A stretch of 64,000 nucleotides of DNA, taken from NCBI RefSeq assembly GCF_006345805.1, contig NC_043005.1, forward strand, positions 43,462,001 to 43,526,000, written 5' to 3'. This document shows, piece by piece, positions 1 through 12,715 of the stretch. The position numbers and the translations under genes are program-made. This DNA is from Octopus sinensis. Taxonomy: Eukaryota. The notes beneath the pieces were generated by a model. That model searched no databases and had not been told where the DNA came from. It was given only the letters and a program-made list of their open reading frames with translations. The number at the start of each line of letters is the position of its first letter. Positions within the stretch are counted from its first letter, which is position 1.

Positions 1-198
1 GTGCGGTAAGTACATCGTCATCATTTTACCGCAGGGAAAGTTCACCATCATCGTTCTGTTTTTTCTTTAATAAAACAGTTTTTAACTATTAATGATGAAA
101 TACTATAGATATATTTTTATATTTTCTCAGTAAACTTTCCTAGCGGAAAGTTACTGTACGTAAATTGATGGCAGCGAACTTACTTGTAATCAGCTATA

Positions 199-455
199 TC
201 AAATGGAAGATAGCGAGTTTGTTTTTACACCTATCTCTCTTCTTCTTATGATCAAATGTTGAAACTGGCGTTTTACTGTACCATTTCCTACAATTATTGT
301 ATTTAACTGAGCCTCCTGCCTTCCATCGCTTGTGAAAACAGTCCCGAGATACTTGAACCTTTCCATCTGCTTCAGTGGAACTTCATTCACCCGTAGAGTG
401 CATTGTGCAAGCTTGCTTTAGAAGATAAGTGTCTCAGTTTTCGCGTTACTGATTT
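199..455 (-). mobile_element. RTE-clade LINE fragment (post-YADD RT C-terminal region)
   Basis: Translation MNEVPLKQMERFKYLGTVFTSDGRQE matches the RTE '..F.YLG..' thumb-region motif. Confidence 0.75.
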
Positions 456-469
456 TTCATTCCTACCAA

Positions 470-765
470 ACAGCCCTCGACAGTGAATCTATCATGTACA
501 CGTTGGAGATCACATTAAAGACGTCCAAGGTTAAAACATGGAAGGACTTTGGTGTTAAGCTACAATCCGACTTTAGATAATCAAATCAAGTATTCTGTCA
601 GACCAACGGTCGACTTCGTAGTAAGAAATATCCCTCTATGCCCACTATCAGGAATCGTTTGAGGTCATGCTGTCTGAAAAGAAGTACATCTTCGCGAGGT
701 GGAGAGAATACTTTGCTGATCTCCTAAAGCCGGTCACAACATTTTCTAACGTACTTGAAGTGCTT
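470..765 (+). mobile_element. RTE-clade LINE fragment (endonuclease-RT linker), opposite strand to the adjacent fragment
   Basis: Translates to KTWKDFG..QSDFR..QVFCQT..RLR and KYIFARWREYFADLLKP, typical of the RTE linker (RW.EYF..LLN). Confidence 0.7.
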
Positions 766-1323
766 TTAGTAGCGATGATAAATGGACACCTTCCGGACGA
801 ACAAACAACCATGCACCAAATAGCGGTAGTCTACTGGTGTGGATGAATGAAGTACCAGGTGACAGTTAGTTCTCAAGAAAACTCTTTCATAAAAAAATAT
901 GGCGTCGATTTCAGTCATATCTAGATGTGAGGCACATTTATCTTAGTAGTTGTGAATACGATAACCTAAAACTTTTGCCGTTTAATACAAAGATGGTAAA
1001 AACAAAATGACACTCTTCGGATAAAAGCAAAGATGCATGTAATAGCAACTAACCAAGTCGGAGAAATCAACTAAAGCTGGTTATGAGGATCATTGCTATA
1101 TACACAGATACACAGTGACAAGACAGGAAACAAGGGTTAGCTACTGCAAGTTGCGGAACTATCATGAGAAATTCTGGTGGATTTTTAAAAAATTGAATAA
1201 TGATCTGTATGAATAGTACAAAAAGGTTGAGGAAGTTAACTCGGTTAGTTATATAAAAAGGATGACGAGGGAGCTAAAGGGATTTGAAATACTTTAATTA
1301 TTCACATTTCAGTGCCAAACAGG

Positions 1324-1465
1324 CACTAGCGTAGCTAGAATGTGTGCCGCCCAAGGACCCCACAAAAAAATCCCACATATTGCCTACAGCAGACCCAAAA
1401 GTTCCGCCCCTTTAAAAGTGCAGCCCGGAGCGGACCTCCCCCACCCCCGCCCAGATACGCTGGTG
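1324..1465. mobile_element. hAT-superfamily MITE
   Basis: Imperfect 13-bp TIRs (CACTAGCGTAGCT / AGATACGCTGGTG) flanked by an exact 8-bp direct repeat CAAACAGG (1316-1323, 1466-1473). Confidence 0.75.
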
Positions 1466-1540
1466 CAAACAGGTACAGCAGATAGCCATGTTCCTTTTAA
1501 AAAATGGTGCTCTTTCTACAGACTCTCAAAACGCTCTTTG

Positions 1541-1890
1541 TGGAACCTTGGGCAAGTGTCTTCTACTATAGCCTCGGGCCGACCAAAGCCTTATGAGTGA
1601 ATTTGGTGGACGGAAACTGAAAGAAGCCCGTCGTATATATGTATATATATATATGTTTGTATGTATATATGTATGTGTGTGCATATGTTTATGTGTCTGT
1701 GTTTGTCCCCCCAACATCGCTTAACAACGGATGTTGGTGGGTTTACGTCCTCGTAACTTAGCGGTTCGGCACAAGAGACCAATAGAATAAGTATTAGGCT
1801 TACAAAGAATAAGTCCTGGGGTCGATTTGCATGACTAAAGGCGGTGCTCCAGCATGTTTCAAATGACTGAAACAAATAAAAAAAAAATAA
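1541..1890 (+). mobile_element. SINE family A (tRNA-derived, internal (TA)n/(TG)n tract); head missing
   Basis: Body CCTTGGGCAAGTGTCTTCTACTATAGCC and tail GGCGGTGCTCCAGCATG..AAATGACTGAAAC shared with >15 copies in the window. Confidence 0.85.
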
Positions 1891-2964
1891 TAACTAGTGG
1901 ATTCTTTTTTTGAAGAAACCAAGAGGAATACGAACCATGACCTAAGTGACAGCAATAATAACAATACTGAAACAAGATTGCTGTCATTACACGTAGAGCA
2001 GTAACTGTTTTATTTTTTAACAAAAAGAAATAAGCGAGGAATATAAACAACTCGGCGAAATTCAGACTAAACTTCATCATTTGCACGAATAAACTTGATT
2101 ATTAGCTTATAAGAACGTACTATCTCGATAGAATCCGCTATCGATCAAGTTACTAAAGAACTCTTGATACGAACTGAAATTCTCAACTGTAAGACATTGA
2201 ATGTCCTGCATTGTTTCGTAGTTAGAGTTGGTCAGCAAACGGGAATAACAACGATCAATTGCAACGGAAAACATAGGCAAAATGGATCACCTCTCTCCAA
2301 AAGAGCATCGATGGAACCAGAAAAAATATTGGACAATTGAATACTATCATTTAATGCGAAATATATAATAAATTCACGAACCACAGCTGTGGCATTATAT
2401 TAGATTACTGAAGGTAGACTGGAAATGTCGACAAAAGATGTTCTTACTGCTAAACACGAATTGCAAACGGTAAGTCAAAAGTATCGTTAGCGTAAGAAAT
2501 TCCTAAAACATAGAATCATTAGTACCACGTTTGCATTAAACTACAAGCGGTATATCCAGAATGAAAGCCATACTATCAAGGACATAAAAAAGCCTGTTAG
2601 GGGAATGTAAACGCTTCATGATAGTATCTGCCGAGGAAAGAGAAATTAATGTCACTCGCATCTTTTTTTTTTTTTTTGATGACATTCATCTGCATTTAAG
2701 TAATCAAACAAAGACTCAGATAAAACAGGTCACTCGATTCTCATGTGACAGCAATGGAGGTTAGGATAAGTATGCATATTTGCATGTATCTATATGCATG
2801 TATATATATGTATATATACATGTATATATATGTATGTATATATATTTATATGTATGTATGCATGCATGTATATATATAGGGAGATCAAAAATAGAAAAAC
2901 AAAAGTAAAAAGGACGTACACAGTAAATGTATTAGGTTGGCACTTAGCTTAAGGTGGAAAAAGA

Positions 2965-3095
2965 GGGAGCGTGACGTTTCGAGCACGGCTCTGCGTCAGA
3001 AAAAGGAAAGGGGAAAAGTCGGGAGAGAAGGTAAAGAATAATCCGAGAAAAGCACGTGTATTATTATATGGCTGAAGTGACCGGAAGTGGAGCGA
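2965..3095. promoter_or_regulatory. Candidate CpG-rich promoter (orientation unresolved)
   Basis: TGACGT 2972-2977, TGCGTCA 2992-2998, E-box CACGTG 3053-3058 and ETS consensus ACCGGAAGTG 3080-3089 clustered in non-repeat, CpG-retaining DNA. Confidence 0.5.
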
Positions 3096-4492
3096 GATAG
3101 AGAAAGTGGTTTTAATGTATGTGTGCGCACGTACACACATACAGGCATACACGCACAAATAATCATTTCCCATGCTGATAAGAGTTGAATTAATGGACTC
3201 AATGAAAAACGATACTCTGACAGCGTTGCTGAATTTACATTTGTGAAGAGTAGAGATCGTGAAATACTGTATGACAGATAATACTACAAGAACATGGAAA
3301 ACCATATGAAGGGAATAACGCCAAATATTAATACATACACTAACAAATAGATACACTCGCACATTAACTGTGTAAGAAAATAATTGTTTTGTAATACTTG
3401 TATGACTGAATATTTTTATAGATGCAAGTAGGAATTTTTTCAGAATGGCAGTAACAAGATATTGATTTTAAAAAAAACAGACAACAGCACTCCATAGAGT
3501 AAAGATTGCAGTGGTTATTGTTCTCCACATTGCCTTTAGCTTTACAAGATATATTTCACTATGGTGTTAAAATCTAATTTAATGGCCAAATGTGAAACCG
3601 AGGTTTTTTTTTTTACCTTTTTGAAGCGTTTCTGAAGGAATGCCTGTGACGATATATACGGATTTAACGGAGTTTCAGTTCATACCGACATAAGCTTTAA
3701 AGTTGCTGTTAGAGATAACTAAACTTTGGTGCTGCTCTATAGCTTTAGCAAAGCGTAGTTGTTGGTAGCAATGCTATAATATGTGTTGGTGTACTGTTGA
3801 CCCCTGATTTTGCTTATTCATGTCTTTAGAATACATTGAATTATGATTGGGGGAAAAACGGGGGATTGAAAAATATCTGTATAAGCTGGATAGGATCGCT
3901 GTTCATGATTTAAATTATTTTATTTCATTGAGAGGTATGAAAAATTTTCCCTCTTACATTGAGTCTGTTCACTGATTAGGTCATTATGTTTAGCTTCCGT
4001 GTTAAACGATCTTGCGCCTGCAGCCTCACCTATTATATTTATTCATAGTAATGATAAGCTAATTTAATGGTTGAGTGACTGTTCTACGTTCCTGTAAAAC
4101 CCGTACAAATTTGGAAACCGACGTAGCACGAACCTTCTTTTAATCTCTGTGCGTATCTTTTCTTAAATGAGTTTCCTGTAAGACGAATATAAATCTTTAC
4201 CGTTTAAATCGGGGATGTTGGATCTGTGTAACAGTTCTTTTTCAGGGCATTTGTTCATGGGACAGTTTTCTGAAAATTTGAAGTCGCATAGACATTGTGG
4301 AGAGCATCTTGCCGGCGTATGCATTCATATTTTCATATAATTTTCTATGTCCTTATCCATAATTTTCTATATTCTTAAACCATCTCCTACTTAGAGTATT
4401 TCATATTCATCACTCTTAACATTCGGAAAGCATCATGTCGATCTACAATGTTTTTTTTCAGACTTGGAATCAGTTACCATCTTGACCAAAAT

Positions 4493-4745
4493 GGAGTAGC
4501 TGTGTGGTAAGAAGCTTGCTTCCCAATCACATGGTTCCGCGTTCAGTACCACTGCATGGCTCATAAGGCAAGTGTCTTCCACTATATCCCCAGGCCGACG
4601 TAACTTAGCGGTTTGGCAAAAGAGACCGATAGAATAAGTACAAGGCTTACAAAGAATAAATTCTGGGATCGATTTAAGGTGGTGCTCCAGCATAGCCGCA
4701 GTCAAATGACTGAAAAAAGTAAAAGAATAAAAGAATAAAGAATAT
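4493..4745 (+). mobile_element. SINE family A, internally deleted copy
   Basis: A/B-box-like head (GCTGTGTGGTAAG..GTTCAGTACC) joined to the tail without the central microsatellite. Confidence 0.8.
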
Positions 4746-4926
4746 ATACATACACACACACACACATAGCTATTGGTAAAATCTCAGTAAGAGATGGGAG
4801 TAGTGACTATATTAGCTATACTAAATCCGTGGGCTGCACATATCACCAGCTGGCGGAAGATCTGCCTGGAGTGAAACTAGTTGTAACATTGATCAGCCAT
4901 ATTGATGTGGCGATTAACTTTACTTG

Positions 4927-4999
<73 letters not shown>

Positions 5000-5169
5000 C
5001 ACACATTATACACATTCGCATATACATACATATACACATGTGTATGTGTATATTCATACATATAATCGCTTACACACTATATATATATATGCATATACAC
5101 GCCACATGCCACACGCATATACAAATATGTCAGAATCTATACATACTTACGCATATGCATGTATGAGTA

Positions 5170-6200
5170 ATAGTGCGTTAACTAAGTGTACGCTCCTACG
5201 GACATGTATATAATTATCTTTATTACCTTAAGAAATAAGAGACAACATATACCGCTACTTACGTCCTGTTGGACCAATGTGGGCATACCGAATTATATGG
5301 AGTCGTATGTGCATATGATTTGTTTGGTTGTTGACTTTGATCTATCTAAGGGATATATGGAAATATATATATAAATAGTTATTGGTATGTATAATTCTCC
5401 GTCTTTAAACGGATATGTATGCACGGAACCTTATTTCTGTAATTAGGTCACTCTACAAATGATGTTTAGGCAGGTATTCTTTGTGAATATTATAGCTGCT
5501 AATCGTAGGACATTTATATAATATTACTAGAATGTATTGAATGAAGAGTTATTTAATATTATGGTAGAATTATTCAAAGTTAGAGTAGAGGGGTAAGAGG
5601 GGAGAGGTTGTTGTGCTTAGTTATTTTCAGGAAAAGACTCAGTGTTACCGTTCAGTGGTTATGTCTTAAAGAAGAGAATTTGGTAGAATCCAGCGGTACA
5701 GAGTTGGGAAGATTTGTAGTTTGCTTGGTATCATTGATCATGGAACAGTGCTTTCTAATTAATGATAAATGGTGTAATTTTTAACTTTAGAGTCCATATA
5801 TGTTTAGATTGCGAAATGTTATTCTTCCTGTCTAGGTTGCAGAAAGTATGCGTGGGTTGGTTGTATTGTATTTTGAACTCGCTTGTTGTTAATCGTATAT
5901 ATGCGTGACTGGACTGTGGTTGGCGTTATAGTGTTCGTGGTTTGTGTTGCCCTATAGGGTATGTTATTTGTGAAACAATTTTCGTTTAGGGTGTTACAGT
6001 TGCAGCTGGTGGTGTTAGGAGTATAGTTTTGGTTTTCATATTCTAAAAGATTTTGGCAGTTATAATTTAGCTACCGTTTTTTTCGAAGTTGTTAGTTGTG
6101 GAGTATGAAATTTTTATGTTATATTTATTTATTAGTTTGGCTGAGGGGATAGTTTTTTTTAAGTACCTTGAAAGATAAACTTGCTTTGGTGTGGGGTCTT
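5170..6200 (-). mobile_element. Penelope-like element, GIY-YIG region and 3' end (decayed)
   Basis: Minus translation ..IKISYSTTNN..CNC.. and LTTSEFKIQYNQPTHTFCNLDRKNNISQSKHIWTLK matches the PLE GIY-YIG architecture; stops and frameshifts present. Confidence 0.75.
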
Positions 6201-6974
6201 GTATGTAGAAGGAGATATTGAACAAGATAACTTTTCCCTTGAAACATTGTCAAAAAGGAGCAATGCTTTGATGGAAATATTATGTTTGGTACTGAATATT
6301 TTTACAGCAGGACAAAAATGATTGCAAACCACTCTTTAAAAAGGCTCTTAGTTATTCATGCCTTCTTATCTAAACGCTGAATTTGATTCAAATTAAATCT
6401 TGCACAACTCTTGATAGCCCTCGTATTTTTGGAAAGATCAGTAGCATTTCATTCACTTTTGAATACACTAGGGTACTACATTATGTCATGCCAATATCTT
6501 TTAATATATATGCAGTTCCTTAAATTGCTCATACTAGTGTTTCTCTTGTAGCTAATCATTAAGGAGTTGTAGATTGATACTGGCTACGATGGTACTGTGT
6601 TTTTCTTTTTGGTGTTGATGACAAATAGCAGTAGTGGTGACAGTTGATATACACACACACGTGCACGCATGCACACACACATACATACATATATACATAC
6701 ATGCATACACACACATACACACACACGCACACCATACACGCAAACACATATTTGTATTATCGTGACAGTAGTTTTTCAAATTGCTAACTATGATTTGATC
6801 TCAGCAAAAGGTGCTGAAATGCATTCTTTTGGCTAAGAAGACAGAGTAGATTTTTATAAAGTTATCCAAGTTTCCATGAGGTCCAAATCTACAGACCTTA
6901 TCCAGAAATTAGGGTACATTTACAATTTACTTTACAATTCACATAAGTAGGAGTCCCATAACCTATAAAGAGTA

Positions 6975-7255
6975 AAGAGCCCCTTTAATCATGACTGACC
7001 ATGGGATTGCACCCAGAAAGTAACCCTCCAAGGCACAAGTACAGGCACAAGTCCATGCCACCGATGTTATCCAGGGAAAGGCAAAGACCAATACGGCTTG
7101 GCAACACAACTCATTTTTATAGCTGAGTGAACTGGAGCAATGTGAAATAAAAGTCATGCTCAAGAACACAACACACATCTCAGTCCGGAAATCAAACTCA
7201 CTACCTCATGATTGAGTGCCTGGCACTCTAACCACAGAGCCATGCACCTTCACCT
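6975..7255 (-). mobile_element. tRNA-derived SINE family D
   Basis: Minus-strand head GCATGGCTCTGTGGTTAGAGTG..GAGTTTGATTTCC and core GTGTTCTTGAGCA; other copies at 16165 and 54490. Confidence 0.8.
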
Positions 7256-7809
7256 ATAACCTATATATGTAAATATATGTGCACAGAATCTCTCTCATTG
7301 TATGACAGGTACCTAAATTGGTAAAAATCTATTGCAGGAACAGTTTCAAATTCATATCTTTAAAATCCTTGAACTACAGATACATTCTTCACTCCATTGG
7401 AAAGCAGTGCTTTGGTGTCCATCTTCATTGTACAATAATTATGTGTACATCCATCTTGTTTATCCAAAATTATTTTCTGCCAAAGAACAAAAAAAAAAAA
7501 AAGAAAAGAAAATGAATGATTTAGATCTGATTGCAGTGTCTAATCTACTTTCATAATCAACTGCTTCGCTCTTCACCAAATATACAGCAGATATTTGAAT
7601 TAGTGCATAATAAATACAGCACTGTAAAAAGTCTATACTTCATTTTTTTTTTGTGACACTCCACAACGCCTACACATGCATAAGTATGCATGTGTGTTTG
7701 TGTGTGTATGCATATATATATACACACACATACACGCATATATATATACATCCATATATGTACATGTATACATATCTATATCTATATATATACATATTCA
7801 CACACATAT

Positions 7810-8072
7810 TATCATCATCATCCTCAACATCGTCAGCCTCATCATCATTTAAGTTCCATTCTCTATACTGGCATGGGTCGGACGGTTTTGACAGGGACTG
7901 GCAAGGCCTGGAACTGCACCCAGTTCCATTGCGTGTTTTGACAAGGTTTCTACAACTGGATGCCCTTCCTAACACCAACCACTTTACAATGTGTACCGGG
8001 TACTTTTTATGTAGCACCATTACAAGTGCATTTGATATGTCATCAACTCCAGTGCTTTTTATGTGGCACTAG
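7810..8072 (-). mobile_element. Repeat family C (RTE 3'UTR-type, (GAT)n tail)
   Basis: GTTAGGAAGGGCATCCAGTTGTAGAAAC..CCCATGCCAG core and (CAT)n on plus; >10 copies in the window. Confidence 0.8.
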
Positions 8073-8137
8073 CTAAGTGACGGGGACGTAAACACATGAG
8101 CATCGGTTGTCAAGCAATGCTAGGGGGACAAACACAG

Positions 8138-8170
<33 letters not shown>

Positions 8171-8339
8171 CGTATATACGACAGGCTTCTTTCAGTTTCC
8201 GTCTACCAAATCCACTCACAAGGCATTGGTCGGCCCGGGGCTATAGCAGAAGACACTTGCCCAAGAAGCCACGCAGTGGGACTGAACCCACAACCATGTG
8301 GTTGGTTAGCAAGCTACTTACCACACAGCCACTCCTGCG

Positions 8340-8345
<6 letters not shown>
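8073..8345 (-). mobile_element. SINE family A, 3'-truncated
   Basis: Reverse complement of GGCGCAGGAGTGGCTGTGTGGTAAG head through to the central tract. Confidence 0.85.
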
Positions 8346-8382
<37 letters not shown>

Positions 8383-8699
8383 ATATCTATATAAACATAT
8401 GTGGGTGTGTGTGTAATTTACATTATATATATTATTATATGTATATATGTATACAGATAGGTAGACAAACAGATAGACAGACAGATGCAAGTAACAATAG
8501 CCTATTTAAGACTCCTGTGTTGGAAATTCTATGATTCAATAGGCAGTCTGCAATAATAATTAAGATCAGTTGATCTCAAGTTATAAAAACAAGCAGCATT
8601 AAGAAAGATGATTGTCTGATTCAATGATTGAGAATGTGAATGTTCATACAAATACACATGAGTGGCAGTGGAAGGCAAAGTACAATACACATAAAATGG

Positions 8700-9065
8700 A
8701 CACATTAAAGCTTTGCCAGCTGACACGGTAGACGTCCACAATATTATTCCTCATCTTTGTATTCCATAATCATTTTGTATTCCATATGTCTAGCACCCGT
8801 GGGCATGCTTACAAAGTAAAAAAACAGCACTGCATCCATGACTTTCAGAAATATTTTTCACATTCAGTAGTTGGCTTTTGGGATATTACATCTTTCAAAA
8901 CTTTCACTCTTCCCAAAATTCATAAACAGTTTACCCAATGTCCACATCAACTTTTTATTAATGACTCGTTCAGTTTACTTCATGCACATTATTCTATGTA
9001 CTGTACGTACCCTTTTTTGTTACCTTTTCCAATTAGCTGTAGTGCACTTGAGCACTGTATTCAAT
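8700..9065 (+). mobile_element. CR1-group LINE 3' end fragment
   Basis: STRGHAYKVKKQH..DF.KYF.SH.VV..W corresponds to the CR1 ORF2 C-terminal TRGH..K motif. Confidence 0.75.
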
Positions 9066-9094
9066 AAATTTATCATCATAAATTTATTATCAAG

Positions 9095-9610
9095 GTGGTG
9101 ATTTGGCAGAAAGGTTAGCACGTAGGACGAAATGCTTAATGGTATTTCATCTGCCGTTACGGTCTGAGTTCAAATTCTGCCGAGGTCAACTTTGCTTTTC
9201 ATCCTTTCGGGGTCGATTAAATAAGTACCAGTTATACACTGGGGCTGATGTAATTGACTTAATCCCTTTGTCTGTCCTTGTTTGTCCCCTCTATGTTTGG
9301 CTCCTTGTGGGCAATAAAGAAATAAAATAAATAAATAAATAAATTTATTATCATTACATAGCTGAATAAGGTGGTAAGCTGGCAGATTCATTAGCATACT
9401 GGACAAAATGCCTTACATTCTGAGTTCAAATTCAGCTCAGGTCGACTTTACCTCTCATCCTTTTGGAGTCAATAAAATAAGTACCAGTTGAGCACTGGAG
9501 TTGATGTAATCCACAGGTCCCTCCCCCAAATTTCAGGCCTTGTGCCTATTGCAGAAAGGATTATTACATATATGAATAAAGGAAGTTTATTATTATTATT
9601 ATTATTATAC
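9095..9610 (+). mobile_element. Two consecutive SINE family B copies (Nin/Deu-domain-like core)
   Basis: tRNA-like head (GTTCAAATTC) plus core CTTTTCATCCTTTCGGGGTCGATTAAATAAGTACCAG, resembling the Deu/Nin SINE domain. Confidence 0.8.
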
Positions 9611-9759
9611 TGGACCCAGTACCAAGAACAGAATAATTAGTTTAATCAATTAGTTGTCCTAGTTAATGAATTAAATCTTTAATGTAATAAAATAAAAGAA
9701 TTAAATGAAGGAAAACTATGGAAAATAAAACAACAAAAATTAAGATAGAATCAAGTGCT

Positions 9760-10023
9760 TCAAAGAATATGCTTTATTTGCAGTCAAGTAAGAAGGCAAA
9801 ATGCATATCGAAAATTATTATGAAACAACTATTGAAGACAACCATGTATGCCCAAATCTTTGTCACGGTATATACCAATATCATAGGATGGGAACTTGGA
9901 TCTCAATGTATCAAATATATAGAGACCTACAAGAATGACTATCAAAATATCAAAATAAGCCAATTTATTGTTTGTCCTCAGAAAGCTTAAGTCAAACTGG
10001 GAATAATATTTTTTCATAGGCAT
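9760..10023 (-). mobile_element. Penelope-like RT fragment
   Basis: LVGLYIFDTL..F.SYDIGIYRD resembles the PLE RT motif ELVGLY.L..L......IGLYRDD. Confidence 0.5.
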
Positions 10024-10359
10024 TTTCTCTGCTAACCCCCAAAATATTAAACAAACAAAAATAGCACTGTTGCACTAAATGATTGTATCAAATGTTTGGT
10101 AACAATCTGTTGTGTCAAGACACTAATCCTATATTTAATACAGAGACTCTTTAATATTAAATATTTAATATTTTACATTTAGTATCAAATGTATTAAAGG
10201 TAAATATATTAACACATATATTAAAATATTTTAATATTTATTACTAAATTCTGGCCTTGTGCCAGAATTTGAAACCAATATTTATTACCAATATTTATTG
10301 CTAAATTTCAAATTTAACAGTAAGCTACTGATATTAATCATATTAACAGGTATATATTG

Positions 10360-10575
10360 GTTTCAAATTTTGGCTCAAGGCCAGCAATTTGGGGGAAGGT
10401 GGTAGGTTGATTACATCGACCCCAGTACTTAACTGGTACTTATTTTATCAACCATAAAAGGATGAAAGGCAAAGTCAACCCTGGCAACATTTCAACTCAG
10501 AACATAAAATCAGAAGAAATGCCGCTAAGCATTTTGTCTGGTGCAGCAACAATTCTGCCAGATTGCTACCCATTA
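10360..10575 (-). mobile_element. SINE family B
   Basis: Reverse complement of the family B head and core. Confidence 0.8.
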
Positions 10576-10968
10576 ATAGATATATATATATTAAAATATT
10601 TTGATATTTGATATTATTTAATATCAAATACATTAAGTGTTATAACATAAGACAAATAACACATTTGTGCTCATATAATAACTTTATAAATGCACAAAGA
10701 AAACATGGAAACAATTCCAAACTGAAGTGCAAAATGGTGAACTGTAACTTCAATTGTCCACGATGCAAAAGGAACTGTCTATACCATGGTAAGTGTGCTA
10801 AGGTGAAAAGAGTAAGTCCACAACAATAAATTAATGTAAATCTAACGTCACCTGGTAGACTCCATAAAGTGTCCCCCTGGATGAATTGATGTAAACTTAA
10901 ATAATAGACAATCTGGGAGTGAAAAATATCACATGACAAAATCGTGTCCATTGATTGGATGACACTAA

Positions 10969-11370
10969 TCTCTATATCTCTTCTCTATATATATATAAAA
11001 CTGAAGTTGTCTGTGTATGGCAGGTTTGGTAGCCTTCAACTAACACTATCTCCTCCGAGACCCTGCAGTGCAAGTTGACCAAAATAGAGACAATGATAGA
11101 AGAAGGCTTGCTCTTCCTTTTGTAGAAGAAAAAATTCAAATCGAACCATGTTAACACCAAAAATTATTTACATAAAAAAGGTGGGTTTTTTTTCTATGAA
11201 AATCCCTATTTTTTACGATTTTTTGACTGCCATTTCTCAGTGTATTTCAACAAAAAAAAATGTTCACTTAAAGAGAATAACAAGCTACGTAATGCAAAAT
11301 TTTTACTTTTCAAAAATTCCAATTCTAAAGAGTCGAAACAAACCCAAGCAACGCTGGGTGATACTGCTAG
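10969..11370 (+). mobile_element. Non-autonomous Helitron
   Basis: A|TC start, 3' hairpin CCCAAGCAACGCTGGG followed by GATACTG-CTAG|T; inserted at an AT dinucleotide. Confidence 0.8.
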
Positions 11371-11499
11371 TAAGTGATGTTTTGTGTTGAGACGACTGGA
11401 GTTGTCTCATTAAGTATACTAACTTGGCCTGTTAAGTCTATATCATTGAAAGGTTTTCCCTTCAATTACCTACTGATTCTCTTTACTTATGATGACTAT

Positions 11500-11960
11500 T
11501 CCAGAATATACAGGTAGTATCTCATGCTACTCATCAGGCACAACAGTACTTTAATATTAACTACACGACCAGATCTCTTCTAATCATAGCTAAAACAGCA
11601 TCACAAAGACTAACAGCCCTCTTAAGAGTCAGAACCATTCCATCCATGCCAGCAAACAACGACTGATTCTTTATAAAGCTAAAAGGAGTCAGATGATAGA
11701 GTACTGCTCCTACATCTGTTCCAGATGGTGTTACTGCTATATATGCAGATGTCTTAGATGAGCATCCAAATAAACGACGCTCAACTAGTTGGCATGAAGT
11801 CACTCAGCAGTGTACTCCAACATCAAGCCCATAGACATCTGTTTCCCCTCTCTTTATTTATCCACTGCTATCACAGTGCCTTTTGATTTTCAGTTCTGTC
11901 TAATTTTGTACCACTTTCCCTCATGCACACTTAAACCAATTATTTCACCTCCATTGTGTC
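11500..11960 (+). mobile_element. CR1/Jockey-group LINE RT C-terminal fragment (decayed)
   Basis: IAKTASQRLTALLRV..LILYKAK..QMIEYCS matches the conserved 'LYK..VR..MEYCS.IW' region. Confidence 0.7.
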
Positions 11961-12302
11961 CATCAACTATGACTACACTACATGAAAATGATGGTACTCC
12001 TGGAATTCCCTCCCTTTACATGGTTTTCCTGATGTTTTTTACTTGCTACTCTTTTAGGATGAATGTTAACTGTCTGACTCAGTGGTCAGTGGAGTTCATA
12101 TGCCTCTTGAGGGTCTACAAAAAATTTTGCTAAAAATTATGTGCAATAAATTGCTTATATTTCTTCAATACTCAAAATATTTTAACAGGTTTTCTTTTTC
12201 ACACAATTCCTAAAATTTAATTACAAAAATATAATGTGATTTTTTTAATAACACTGAATGGCTATGAGGGTCCAGTAGAGCAATATAGATATCAAAAGGT
12301 TC

Positions 12303-12715
12303 CGCAGGAGTAGGAGTGGTTGTGTGGTAAGTAACTTGCTTATGAACCACTGGTTCTGGGTTCAGTCCCACTGCATGGCACCTTGGGCAAGTGTCTTCTA
12401 CTATAGCCTCGAGCCGACCAAAGCCTTGTGAGTGGATTTGGTAGATGGAAACTGAAAGAAGCTCGTCGTATATATGTATATATATGTATGTGTGTCTCTC
12501 TGTCTGTCAGTGTTTGTCCCCTCCCCCCAACATCGCATGACAACCAATGCTGGTGTGTTTACGTTCCTGTAACTCAGCAGTTCGGCAAAAGAGACTGATA
12601 AAATAAGTACTAGGCTTACAAAGAATAAGTCCTGGGGTCTATTTGCTCAACTAAAGGTGGTGCTCCAACATGACCACAGTCAAATGACTGAAGCAGTAAA
12701 ATAGTAAAAGAGAGT
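12303..12715 (+). mobile_element. SINE family A, full length
   Basis: Head, central tract and tail present. Confidence 0.85.

Noticed and set aside
5255-5300. GTCC-AACA-GGAC hairpin at the end of the Penelope fragment (possible old hammerhead stem II)
   Set aside because: Flanking core motifs too degraded to support a call
11561-11803. Protein-like minus-strand ORF (MTSCQLVERR...)
   Set aside because: It is the antisense of a decayed LINE RT fragment on the plus strand
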